Shown here: positions 19,352 through 28,949 of the stretch, piece after piece
How positions within the stretch are numbered: position 1 is the first letter of the stretch
How the letters are laid out: every line of letters starts with the position of its first letter
From: an uncultured Planctomycetaceae bacterium
GTDB lineage: Bacteria; Planctomycetota; Planctomycetia; Isosphaerales; Isosphaeraceae
NCBI GenBank assembly: GCA_963833985.1
Contig: CAWIAD010000002.1
Location: 4,672,001-4,736,000, forward strand
Length of the DNA: 64,000 nucleotides
Direction: 5' to 3'
Made by a program: the position numbers and the translations under genes
The notes under the pieces: generated by a model
What the model was told of the DNA's origin: nothing
The model's database searches: none
Seen by the model: the letters and a program-made list of their open reading frames with translations, nothing else

Positions 19352-20440
19352 TCAGCGGTGGGAGGTGTGATCTCTCCAGCGGACCGCGGCCACGACCGCG
19401 GCGACGAGGAGCAGCGCCCCCACGGCCGCAAGAGCCCAGGCTGCGAGGGCTGGGCTCACTGTGAAAGGCCCAGGTTTCCCTCCATTCGACTCGGTGTCCG
19501 AGAGCTCGGACTGGAGCTTCTTGATCTTCTCGATCTGAGCGCTAATGGAGCTGTCAGTCACTCGCTTCACAACGAACGCAGGCCCCCCCTTGATCTTGTC
19601 GGAGAGAAGCGTGCCGTCAGGAAAGTCGAGCTGGAACGTGTCGGGCTTGAGCGTCCGGTTCACCGCCCAGTCGGTGAGGTCCAGTGTGAACTCGTGCATG
19701 AGCTCATAACCACCGTCGTCGTAGTACCCGTGACTGACATGGTGGACCTGCGACGGGACCCAGAGCGGCCCGTAGCGGACAAAGCCTTTGCTCTTGGTTT
19801 CGTGCCCGGGCTTCCAGTCGAGGCCTGCCTTGGGACGAAAGCTGGTGATGTTGCTAACAACCGCGAAGCCGTAGGAGGGCGCAACCAGGATGCTGCCTCT
19901 AAACAGGCTCCCGTCGGGCAGCGCGTGACTTGACTCCCAGATCAATTCCACGACCCGAGTCCCCTCCGCCTCCCCGGTACTCCCCATGTTGAGCGGCACT
20001 TCCTCGTAGAACTTGGGCACCGACCAGGTGTTCAGGTTCAGCAGCTCAGCAGGCTGGGCGGGCAGAGGTACGCCCAGTTCCCGACGCCTCGTTCCGGTGA
20101 TCCCATACTTACCTCCAGCCGGCTCCTTCTCGACGGTGATCGACCTGTACTCCTTGTCAATAACGATGATCTCGTGGGAGCCAGACTTATCGAGTTGCTC
20201 GATCCGTTTACGGTCCGAACGATCCAGCAGAAACTTGAATTGTTGGACATACTCTTTCAGAGGAGCGCCCCTGATAATCCTGCGCTGACCGTGGGCCTCG
20301 GCCTGAAACTGGAGGTTCTGGAAGGCGGCCTGGCGCGCCAACAAACCCGCCTTGATCTCGTCGAGGGTGTAGTCAGCCTTCGGATCTTCGAACGTCCCCG
20401 CACTAATAGCAAGGATGCAGACCAGTAGCCAAGCAACCAT
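19352..20440 (-). CDS. Exported protein, possible LolA-like fold, C-terminal membrane anchor
   Basis: GGAGGAG RBS; signal peptide MVAWLLVCILAISAG; LWVP...VNRTLKPDTFQLDFPDG motif; C-terminal hydrophobic helix followed by RWR. Confidence 0.65.
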   Translation of the reverse strand: MVAWLLVCILAISAGTFEDPKADYTLDEIKAGLLARQAAFQNLQFQAEAHGQRRIIRGAPLKEYVQQFKFLLDRSDRKRIEQLDKSGSHEIIVIDKEYRSITVEKEPAGGKYGITGTRRRELGVPLPAQPAELLNLNTWSVPKFYEEVPLNMGSTGEAEGTRVVELIWESSHALPDGSLFRGSILVAPSYGFAVVSNITSFRPKAGLDWKPGHETKSKGFVRYGPLWVPSQVHHVSHGYYDDGGYELMHEFTLDLTDWAVNRTLKPDTFQLDFPDGTLLSDKIKGGPAFVVKRVTDSSISAQIEKIKKLQSELSDTESNGGKPGPFTVSPALAAWALAAVGALLLVAAVVAAVRWRDHTSHR

Positions 20441-20766
20441 GACGCACTCCTCTCCGAAAAAGAGCCGCCGGGTCACGGGCATGGAACAAGCAGGGTTCTT
20501 AGCTTAGAGCCCTTCTCGATTCCCGCGATGCATTGCGGTCGAAGCCTGGCTCGAACAGTTCACCCCACATCGCCGCTCGTTTGGGGCGGCCGCCCGCCTC
20601 CGGTCCGTCGAGAGCGGTCGACACAGGCGCCGTAGGCCAGGCTCGCCGATCGTCGACATGCGCCATGGTGACGTTCGTCGGATACGCCATCCGTGGGGGC
20701 CTGGGCGACGGTCCTTCCAGCGTCCAACCCGTCCAGTTGTGGCGCGCTCGGCCCCGGAACGCGTCG

Positions 20767-21213
20767 TCAATGAATCATATCGCAGTCGTATAGCTCGGCA
20801 CCACACTGCTGCGAGTTTCCGTTCAGGCAGCTTGCGGGGCAACCGTTCGGGCCCGGGGCTGTGGAATAAACTGTCCCGCAGAGCTGTTTTTTGTCGGTTT
20901 GCGTGCATCCCATCGGGAAAGTCTGAGTCGGGTTGTTGCAGAGGAACTGGCTCATGGTCACCAGCGAGTAGCAAGTGCCTCCGTAGTTTACGCAGAAGAA
21001 GGTGTAATTGCCACACGCCGGATTGCCTTGGGTGCCGCACACGTCGCTCTTGCACATGCAGTTCTGGTTCATGTGCATGCACTCACCGCCAATGATCCCG
21101 AGACACTCCTTCTCGCTCATCGGAATGGGGGCATGGGAGGAACCGTCTGCCGTGATGGGCACGAGCAAGCAGACCGTCACGACGAGGGCTGCTGCGAGCA
21201 TTGCAAATCGCAT
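20767..21213 (-). CDS. Secreted Cys-rich precursor: Sec signal + double-glycine leader + 105-aa core with 14 Cys
   Basis: ATG at 21213 with GGAG RBS; MRFAMLAAALVVTVCLLVPITADG signal; MSEKECLGIIGG matches the LSxxELxxIxGG consensus. Confidence 0.8.
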   Translation of the reverse strand: MRFAMLAAALVVTVCLLVPITADGSSHAPIPMSEKECLGIIGGECMHMNQNCMCKSDVCGTQGNPACGNYTFFCVNYGGTCYSLVTMSQFLCNNPTQTFPMGCTQTDKKQLCGTVYSTAPGPNGCPASCLNGNSQQCGAELYDCDMIH

Positions 21214-21316
21214 TGTTGCTCTCCCGTAGGGGGTTGCCGGACCGCAGGAACGGGGCCCGTCGCGCAAGACCGGGTCTCACGTTGGTGGTCGCGGCGACGT
21301 CCGTGAGTTTTGGACA

Positions 21317-21359
21317 TGACGCATTCTGCGTCAAGCTACCCCCCCCCCAGATAAGTCAA
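21317..21359 (-). promoter_or_regulatory. Candidate sigma70-type promoter with G10 spacer and adjacent palindrome
   Basis: Minus strand reads TTGACT-tatct-G10-TAGCTT (15-nt spacer); inverted repeat TGACGCA-ttc-TGCGTCA at 21317-21333. Confidence 0.45.
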
Positions 21360-21482
21360 GAAAAAATTTGAATAATGAAATCCCCAAATCCCCGCTACCC
21401 TTTTGCGGGAAGTAGGTTTGTCGTAGGGGACGTAAAGCCAAGGCGAAGCGGTCCGGTCCGCCAAAGACGCACGCGACGTGAG

Positions 21483-23282
21483 CTAAGGTGTCGGGCCGAT
21501 TCGGGCCGGCCGAACGTTATTCCTCCCGGGTAGCACCACCAGCCGGTACCTGGGCGCGGGGCCGCGCTGGCCTTCTCGATCCGGCCCCGCTTCAGGCGGT
21601 GCAGCCAGCCGCGCGTCGCCCAGGCGGAGCGCACCAGCCCGGCCTGGCCGAAGAGCTGGTACATGATGCGGAACTTCCAGAGGGCATCGACGGTGAGGAC
21701 CGCCTTGAGTGCCCGCAGCGGATTGTAGAAGCACGCGTAGGCGATGAGTATATTGATCTGCTTGCGCCAGGGATGCCGGCTCCGGCTGGCAATCGTGTGG
21801 TTGCCGTCGAACTGGTAATCGGCGACATCCAGGCTGCCGACCCGGCTCATCACCTGGCCTTCCTCGAACGTCCGCTTGTACGCCTTCGAGCCGACCATGG
21901 GCGTCAGGAATGTGATCTGCACGCTCACCGCCCCGGCGCGCTTGAGGTACTGGATCTGGTTGAGCAGGCCAGCCAATCCCCGGCGCGAGACCAGCGGCTG
22001 GTCGTCGTGGTGCATCATCATCGGCATCGGTGCAATGCCGTGGTCCAGCAAATTGCGGAATACCTTGCGCGTCTTCTCGGGGCTCTGGCCCTTCTTGACC
22101 AGCTCGGCGGTCATGTCCTCGATGCCGAACCAGATCGCCCGGATGCCGGCGTCGCGTGCCAGCGGCATGAGGTCGGCGCAGCGGTCGACGTCGTGCTCGG
22201 TCCCCTCGGTGCCAATCCACACCGAATCGCGGAACGGCCGGCCGGCGATGGTGCCGCGGGCCATGGTCGTCAGGATCGATCCGGCGGCCTCATGATTGTT
22301 GAAGAAGTTGTCGTCTGTCCCGAAGAAGCTGTCGATCCCCGTGCGCTCGACCATGCCGGAGATCTCCGCCGCCAGCCGATCCGGGCCGCGGAAGCGGAAG
22401 GTGCCCTGGTTGTAGGCGTGGATCGGGCAGTAGGGACAGTGAAACTTGCAGCCGTGCGTCATGATCAGCGGCAGGATCCTGGCGTGGCGCCGCAGGCGGT
22501 CGGCGGGGACCGGCCGGTCGTCGAGCCCCTCCTGGCGATGCGGCCGCTCGAACATCCCCAGGGCGTCAAAGGGGAACGGCAGCTCGTCCAGGTCTTGCAC
22601 CAGGCGCTGGGTGCCGGTGTTCACCAGCTCGCTCACGTGACCGCCTTGCGGATCGCGGCGGTAGACCAGGCCGGGAATGTCCTCCAGCGCGCCCGCGGGC
22701 CGGGCTCGCTCGAACGCTTGCCGCCAGCTCTCGTGGAAGCCCTTGAACTCCAGGAGCCGGTCCAGCAGCTCCAGAAGCACGAATTCCTCACCCGTCACCA
22801 CCAGGTCCGCCCCGCGCTGGCCGTCCGGGCCCAGGCCGAAGAAGTCCCATGGCTCGTAGATCGCCTTGGCTCCGCCAGCCAGGATGAGCGGGCGATCCGC
22901 GCCGCAGCGCATGGGCGTCCTCGATGAGCCGGTAGGCCGAGGCGCTGTGGATCTGCATGCTCGAGACGAGCAACAGCTCAGGGGGCCGGCCGCCCAGCCG
23001 TGCCTGGCTGGGCCGGAAACGAGGATTCCACTGCTGGAGCACAACGCGGATGTTGCGGAAGCCGGCGCCCGCCAGCGCGGACGGCACGGCCAGGGGTGCA
23101 CCCGGGATGAGCTGCGTGTCCACGAACACGAACGGCCCCAGGCGGGTGCGCTGGTCGAAGGCGTTGACATGGAGCACCGGTGTCTCACCGGCCGCAACAC
23201 CGCTTCGAATCTGGCGTTCTAACTCCTGGTAACGACCCGGCCGGGTGAACTGGTCACCCTTCGGACGCCCTGGCAATTCCAT
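21483..23282 (-). CDS. B12-binding-domain radical SAM protein; frameshift near 22908 and possibly near 21560
   Basis: CKFHCPYC cluster motif, GTDDNF, WFGIED. The N-terminal part (ELLLVSSMQIHS) in ORF 22788..23297 joins RPLILAGGAKAIYEP in ORF 21395..23200. Confidence 0.85.
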
Positions 23283-23406
23283 GGCTGCCGCTCGCAACTT
23301 CTTGTTGACGTTGTGTTTCCATCGTGAGGTCCGGTCTTTTCAGCGGAGATCGTCCCGGAACGGTCTCGGCTCGGCGCAGCTCCCCGCACGCAAAGCTCTG
23401 CCATCC

Positions 23407-23436
23407 GGTGGGTTGCGCTGCGCTGACCCACCCTAC
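23407..23436 (-). repeat. GTAG-type REP-like palindrome
   Basis: Reverse complement GTAGGGTGGGTCAGCGCAGCGCAACCCACC; same family as 171-209. Confidence 0.7.
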
Positions 23437-23622
23437 GGGTGGTCGGACACGGCTCATTCGGGACGATTCCTTTCAGCGCGCTCACACACGGAGCGCGGCC
23501 GGAACCCACGTCTCTCTGGAGGAATAAAGACAGAGCGGGTGAGTGATCTCGCCAGGCAGGCGGTGAAGCTGGATTGGCGGGCGGGCGCTGCGCTCGGCGA
23601 CCCGCCCGATATCCTTGGTGGT

Positions 23623-25122
23623 TCATAGTTTCGATCCGAGATGCGGTGCCGGCCGGGGTCCGGGCGCGGTCTGGGCGACGTGCCTGTGCGCGGCGGCGGT
23701 GGTCGCCGCGTGGCCGGTCCCGATGGACCTGGCCCCCCTCCTGCCGTGACGGCTGGGGCGGTGGGGGTGTCTGCCCACGGGCCTGGGGGTGGGGGTGGGA
23801 GTGGGAGTGGGAGACGGGGTGGGAGTTGTCCCGCCGGCTCCGGTTCCCGTGACCGGTGTCAGTGGCGTGGTCAGAGTGCTCGACACCAGGTCGCTCGCCA
23901 GGGCCGGCCCGTTGGGCGAGCCCAGGCCGGTCGCCGTGTTGGCCCCGATCGAGCTCCCGGTCGTGGAGTTCGAGCTGGAATTCAAGGACCAGCCGCCGAA
24001 GTACCAGGACCAGGAGGTGGAGCTGAAACTGCCGAAGCCGCCGCCGAACTGGAAGAAGCCTGCTCCGAACCCCATGCCGGTTCCCGCGGCAGCGGCCGCG
24101 ACGGTGTGGAAGATGGACGAGGGGGCCGCGTAGAGCGCCGGAAGCGTCTGTGTGGGTCCGTCCAGGCTTCCCATGCCGTCAGCCGCACGTCCCTGGTCGA
24201 CGATGGCGATGATCCCCGCCCAGGCGGGAGTGCCCAGGCTCGTGCCGCCGACGGTGAACCACGAGCCCTGGCTGCCGAAGCGGGTGGGCGTGGTCACGTA
24301 AACCGGTACGCCGGTGCTCGGGTCGCCGTCGAAGGCGACGTCGGGGGTGGCCCGGCTGCCGGTGGTCTGAACCTTCGCCTGGTAGCTGGGCTCGGGCTCG
24401 TATGGGCTATATCCCCCTCCGCTGCCGGACCAGGCCGCTTCCGACTGGTACGCCCCCGCGCTGGTCAGCAGCAGTGTGGTGCCGCCGACCGAGAGCACTT
24501 TTGGTGATGCGGCCGGGTACGACGCGCCCGCCATGACGCCATTGTCGCCGCTGGCGGCGATGAAGGTGACCCCGGCGTGGCCGGCGGGCGTTGTGAAGAT
24601 AAAATCGTAGGCGGTTTCGCCGGGCGTTTCACCAAACCCCCAGCTCATCGACACGGCTACCACTCCCGGCACGTTTCGCGCCAGGTTCACGGCTGCCATG
24701 AGGTCAGAGAGGTTCTGCGTGCTGGCCTCCACGACCAGCAGGTTCGCCCCCGGTGCGACGGCGTGGGCCCATTCCACGTCGAGCGCCTCTTCCTGGGTCC
24801 AGCCGCTGTTGGCCGGCGTCGAGGAGCTGACTGCGCCGCCCGTCTGGTTGACCACGGTAAGCTTCGGGTCGGGAAGACCATACGCCTGATCGAAGGTGTG
24901 CAGGTCCGAGCTGATCGTGGGATCGTGATACGCTTCGATGAGAGCGATCGTCTGGCCGCTCCCATCGCCCTTGACCGTGGTTCCGGACGACGTGGTGAAG
25001 GCGATGGAATTCAGTCCGTAGGCGGACGTCAACTGGGCCGGAGTCAGGGTCGAGAGCAGGCAGCGGTCATCGAGCGCATCGATTTGCGGCCTGAGGCGCA
25101 AACCGCGACGGCGGTTTCTCAT
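23623..25122 (-). CDS. S53 (sedolisin/kumamolisin-like) peptidase with LEPR-XLL-type N-terminus
   Basis: EEALDVEW, AASGDNG, VGGTSLG catalytic motifs; leader MRNRRRGLRLRPQIDALDDRCLLS. Confidence 0.9.
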   Translation of the reverse strand: MRNRRRGLRLRPQIDALDDRCLLSTLTPAQLTSAYGLNSIAFTTSSGTTVKGDGSGQTIALIEAYHDPTISSDLHTFDQAYGLPDPKLTVVNQTGGAVSSSTPANSGWTQEEALDVEWAHAVAPGANLLVVEASTQNLSDLMAAVNLARNVPGVVAVSMSWGFGETPGETAYDFIFTTPAGHAGVTFIAASGDNGVMAGASYPAASPKVLSVGGTTLLLTSAGAYQSEAAWSGSGGGYSPYEPEPSYQAKVQTTGSRATPDVAFDGDPSTGVPVYVTTPTRFGSQGSWFTVGGTSLGTPAWAGIIAIVDQGRAADGMGSLDGPTQTLPALYAAPSSIFHTVAAAAAGTGMGFGAGFFQFGGGFGSFSSTSWSWYFGGWSLNSSSNSTTGSSIGANTATGLGSPNGPALASDLVSSTLTTPLTPVTGTGAGGTTPTPSPTPTPTPTPRPVGRHPHRPSRHGRRGARSIGTGHAATTAAAHRHVAQTAPGPRPAPHLGSKL

Positions 25123-25473
25123 GGGTGCCCTCGTTCTGGAATCGATGAAGCTTCAAGGAGCCCTGCAAGCCGAGGGACGGGTGTGCGTCTCGGCGTTCCG
25201 TCAAGCCCGCGGAATCAGCGAGGTCCACGGTTCGCCGCCTGAGATCGTTGCCCCATGAACCGTCTCATGCGCTGCGACTGCGTGGACGAGCTGCGTCCCT
25301 CGAGAGCCTGTTTTCAACTCCGGGAAATCTTACCTCACGATTCTGGGTCGTTCCAGAAAAACGGCCGCTCTGCCGGCCGTGTCCCGCCCCGGTCGCCCGT
25401 CGGCGGCGACGGCGGGGTCTTCGCGGCGAGGCTCGTAAGCCTTGCCGATCTCGGTCAGTCAGCGACGCTGAGC

Positions 25474-26445
25474 TTATTCGCCAGGCTTGCCGCGTGAATC
25501 GGTCACCGAAGCCCAGGGCGGAAAGTCCAGCTCGAACGAGCCGGGAGGAGTGGCCATGTTCACCTTCACATCCGAGATCGTGATCTGATCGATCGTCTTG
25601 TCGAAGAGGTTGACCCGGCGGATGGTCCTGGGAAACCAGTAGCCGTCCACTTCCTGGAGTTCATAGTCAGCGCGCGCCCAGGGAGCCTCTGGAGTTCCGT
25701 TCTGCCAGGTGGCGCGGAGCACCGCGTCCTTGTGTGGATCGTAGACAACGACGATCGTGCTCTCTCCGTCGCGCTCGGGAACCGAGATCGTCCAGAGGCC
25801 GTGGTCCTCGTTGATCGTGGGCCTCCGGTTCGACCTGAGTCCCGTCCGGATCAGGCCGGAGAGCCGCTCGCCCAGATGACACGGCGGCATCTCGCCGAGA
25901 CCGCAAACGAGACGGAAGGAGTGGAACTGGCTGTTCTCCTGGCCGGGCCGGTAAAGCCGGCCTCGACCCGGGTCATCCCCGCGCTGGGGTGGAACTCGGG
26001 GCAGCGTCTTGCCAGGCGCGGTGTAGTTCAGGTCGCGGCAGAAGAGGCCGTCGAACGACCAGGTGTTCCGCTCCGCGACGTGGTCGTTGATGCCCTGAAC
26101 CCACCGCATCACCGAGTCCAGGTCCACGCGGTAGCGGCCGGAGAAGTGCTCGATCATGACTTGCCCGTGGTGCCGGACCGGTCCAAAGCTCGCCTTTTCC
26201 GGGCGAGCCGGGTCCTCGACCTTCCCCTGGCGGAAATCCACGGTCCAGCGCAGCGCCTGGACCCGGGGCTCCTGTGCCTCGATCGTTGCCAGTGCCTTGT
26301 TGACGTCGATGTCGCTGCCTGTACCGGTGCCGGCGCCGGCTGCGGCCGGCAGACCCAGGCATGCCGCGGATAGCAGGTAAGAAGAATAGAGCAGGTAAAG
26401 AAGAATGGCGCTGGGCCGTACGCTTCTCGGGTCTGGAGTCGGCAT
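25474..26445 (-). CDS. Exported protein, possible LolA-like fold
   Basis: Hydrophobic signal; C-terminus YWFPRTI...DVKVNMATPPGSFELDFPP resembles the 19352..20440 protein. Confidence 0.6.
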   Translation of the reverse strand: MPTPDPRSVRPSAILLYLLYSSYLLSAACLGLPAAAGAGTGTGSDIDVNKALATIEAQEPRVQALRWTVDFRQGKVEDPARPEKASFGPVRHHGQVMIEHFSGRYRVDLDSVMRWVQGINDHVAERNTWSFDGLFCRDLNYTAPGKTLPRVPPQRGDDPGRGRLYRPGQENSQFHSFRLVCGLGEMPPCHLGERLSGLIRTGLRSNRRPTINEDHGLWTISVPERDGESTIVVVYDPHKDAVLRATWQNGTPEAPWARADYELQEVDGYWFPRTIRRVNLFDKTIDQITISDVKVNMATPPGSFELDFPPWASVTDSRGKPGE

Positions 26446-26589
26446 CGGATTGGCTCCGCGAATCGTACGAAGGGTCGGTCCAGCGGACTGGCTCAGGCAT
26501 TTTAACCGCGCCGTCGAGGCGAATCTATGACTTTTGTCGCAGTAGGAGCGCGGAGCGGACCACCTCGTCAACAGGAGGAGCGCGGGGCT

Positions 26590-28044
26590 TCACGGCTTTG
26601 GCGAGGTTTTCCTCACCATGCGGGCGATGTACCTTGCCTCGCAGTCATGCAGGTGTGGCCAGAGCTGAAGCGTACCGTTGGTGGTGGTTTCGTCCAGGGG
26701 ATGAGGAAAGGGATCGAGGGCGAACTCCGGGTGCGCGGCCAGGAACGCCTGGACGACCTCGTGCGTCTCGACGACCGTTGCCGTCGCCACCGAGTAGATC
26801 AGGGTGCCGCCGGGACGCACGGCGTGCGAGGCGGCGTCAAGCCGTTGTTTCTGGCGTTCGACCAGTCCCGGCAGTGCGTCTTTCTTGACGATCCAGCGCA
26901 GCTCGGGGTGCCGGCGCCAGCTTCCCACTTCCGAACAGGGCGCATCGACGAGCACGCCGTCGAACGAGGCCGCCTTGGCCGGCGTACGCTTGCCGTCCCA
27001 GAGCTTGGCCGCGATGTTGCGGAACGGGAAGCGCCGCAGCCGGATGACCGCGTCGTGTCGGCGATGATCGTTTTCGTAGGTGGTGATCACGGCTCCCTTG
27101 TTATTCATGAGCGCGCCCAAGTGCAAGGCGTGCAGGCCGGCGCCGCCGATGACGTCCCACCAGCGCTCCCCGGGATCGGGGTCGCAGACCGTTCCCAGAG
27201 CCTGAGACGACAGGTCCTGCGCGGCGATTTCCCCTTCGCGATAGGCCCGCACCGCCAGCAGGTCCGTATCCGGGTCGAGCCGGGCGGCGGTGCTCAACCG
27301 ACGATGGAGCCAGGGCTTCATGCCTGCTTCACGGAGCTCGCTCCAGACGGCCTTCTCCGCGGCGCCGCGGACGCCGATCCAGAGCGGCAATCGGGTTTGC
27401 AGGGCATACAGGAAGGCAAGCCGGCGTGCTTTCGCGGGAGCCTCGCCCGGAGGCAAGGGAAGGTGTTCGCGCAGCCATGCGGGGAAGAGCAGCCAGGGAT
27501 CGGCCGTCACGGGCCGGCCGTCCACCCACCGCTTCAGACCCTCGGCCCGGGCCGTCCAGCCGGGCGCATCGCCCACGGCCATGAGCCGGTCGATGGAGCG
27601 GCCGGTCCGGCTCGCCAGGGCCCGGCAAAGGCCATCGGTTTCGGGCAGATCCAGCAGGCAGGCCAGGAGCAGTTGCTCCTCGATTTGCAGCGAATGCAAG
27701 GGCTCGATCCAGCCCCTCCAGCGGAACAGTGCGGCGATGGAGCGCAGGACCAGCCTGCGATCGATGCGCCGTACGTCCGGGTGCGCGCGCAGGGCCTGCG
27801 TCACGGCCGTCTCCAGCCGGGTCCCCTCGTCCATCACCGAGCGCAGCACGCCGGGGGCAACGCTGGACGCCAGGCTGGCCACGGCCGGAAGCGACTTGAG
27901 GTTCTCCGGCGCGGCACGCCGGCCGCCGGAGCGCCTGGGGGCCGGCGCACCGGGGTTCAGCCGGCGGTCCAGAGCCCTGCCGCCCGGCCTGCGCTTTGGC
28001 TTTCCCTGGGCAGCCGCATTGCGGCGATCATCTTTGCGAACCAT
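26590..28044 (-). CDS. RsmB/NOP family RNA m5C methyltransferase-like protein
   Basis: AQDLSSQ, FDGVLVDAPCS, VRPGGTLIYSV; the second catalytic TC motif appears as VA. Confidence 0.8.
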   Translation of the reverse strand: MVRKDDRRNAAAQGKPKRRPGGRALDRRLNPGAPAPRRSGGRRAAPENLKSLPAVASLASSVAPGVLRSVMDEGTRLETAVTQALRAHPDVRRIDRRLVLRSIAALFRWRGWIEPLHSLQIEEQLLLACLLDLPETDGLCRALASRTGRSIDRLMAVGDAPGWTARAEGLKRWVDGRPVTADPWLLFPAWLREHLPLPPGEAPAKARRLAFLYALQTRLPLWIGVRGAAEKAVWSELREAGMKPWLHRRLSTAARLDPDTDLLAVRAYREGEIAAQDLSSQALGTVCDPDPGERWWDVIGGAGLHALHLGALMNNKGAVITTYENDHRRHDAVIRLRRFPFRNIAAKLWDGKRTPAKAASFDGVLVDAPCSEVGSWRRHPELRWIVKKDALPGLVERQKQRLDAASHAVRPGGTLIYSVATATVVETHEVVQAFLAAHPEFALDPFPHPLDETTTNGTLQLWPHLHDCEARYIARMVRKTSPKP

Positions 28045-28364
28045 CCGGGGAAAACCTCACGTCGAGACGACCCGGCAAGCGTGGCCGGGCCGCATGGTGC
28101 CACTCAGCGCGGATTTCCGCCCGCTGCCGCTTCTTAACTCAATAATGCCGCACGCCGTGCAGGTCCCGGCCCTGAGGAGAGATCCGGACCGGTGTCATCC
28201 CTGGCGTGCCGAACGTGTCAGCATTCCCTGCCAGACCCAGTATACCCGGATAGGGCAGGAAGCAGGATATGCCCTTCGCCGCCATCCCCCCGCAGCCTCG
28301 CTCCCGTGCCAGATGTCAGACCGGAAAGGGAACCCAGCTATGGCTTTGGTCTGTGCTTACTTCG

Positions 28365-28404
28365 ATTACACTCGACTGGATTCGAACCAGTAATCTTCGG
28401 TTCC
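28365..28404 (-). repeat. att-site duplication of the tRNA-Arg 3' half
   Basis: 40 nt matching 29639-29678 with 2 mismatches. Confidence 0.85.
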
Positions 28405-28489
28405 ACGGGCGACCTGTAGTGACAGTCAGAAAGCCGTTCAAACCCTGTCACTCACAAGGATGCTAGCCAGCTGGCCACAGCCACCAACC

Positions 28490-28801
28490 AGTTCCACGCC
28501 GACGCATTCGACCTGCTCTGCCACCTGGCCTTCAACGCCCCGCCGAGAACGTGCCGAACGATTGAAGAAAGACAGGCAAGACTTCTTCAACCGGTACGGA
28601 CCCGAGGCCCGTGCCATCCTGGAACAACTGCTCGACAAGTACGCCGACCGCGGCACCGGCCAGTTCGCCCTGCCGGAAGTGCTAGAAGTGCCACCGATCT
28701 CCGAGCATGGCAACGTCATGGAGATCGCCTCCCTGTTCGGGGGTACGGCCCAACTGGTCGAGGCAGTGCGGCATCTCCAGACGATCCTCTATGCGGCCTG
28801 A
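28490..28801 (+). pseudogene. C-terminal fragment of a type I restriction R subunit (EcoEI R C-terminal-like)
   Basis: HADAFDLLCHLAFNAP (other frame) then RRERAERLK...FFNRYGPEARAILEQLLDKYA...LFGG...LQTILYAA; no N-terminal motor domains. Confidence 0.7.
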
Positions 28802-28949
28802 CGCCGCGTCGAGATTCCTGACGCAGTGCGTCAAGAATCCCGACGGTGAACACGCGGGCGGTGCCGTCCGGCCTCGCCCGCTCCTGTCCTTCATGGTAGA
28901 ATCGTGGTCGTAAGTCAAGACCAGGGCCTAATGCTATGGAGTCGCCCAG

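Noticed and set aside
28365..28404. Second tRNA gene
   Set aside because: Only the 3' half is present; it is an att duplication.
28811..28841. Shared operator with the 21317 palindrome (TGACGCA-N-TGCGTCA)
   Set aside because: The spacer differs (1 versus 3 nt) and it lies in a longer hairpin just after a stop codon, so it is more likely a terminator-like or repeat hairpin.
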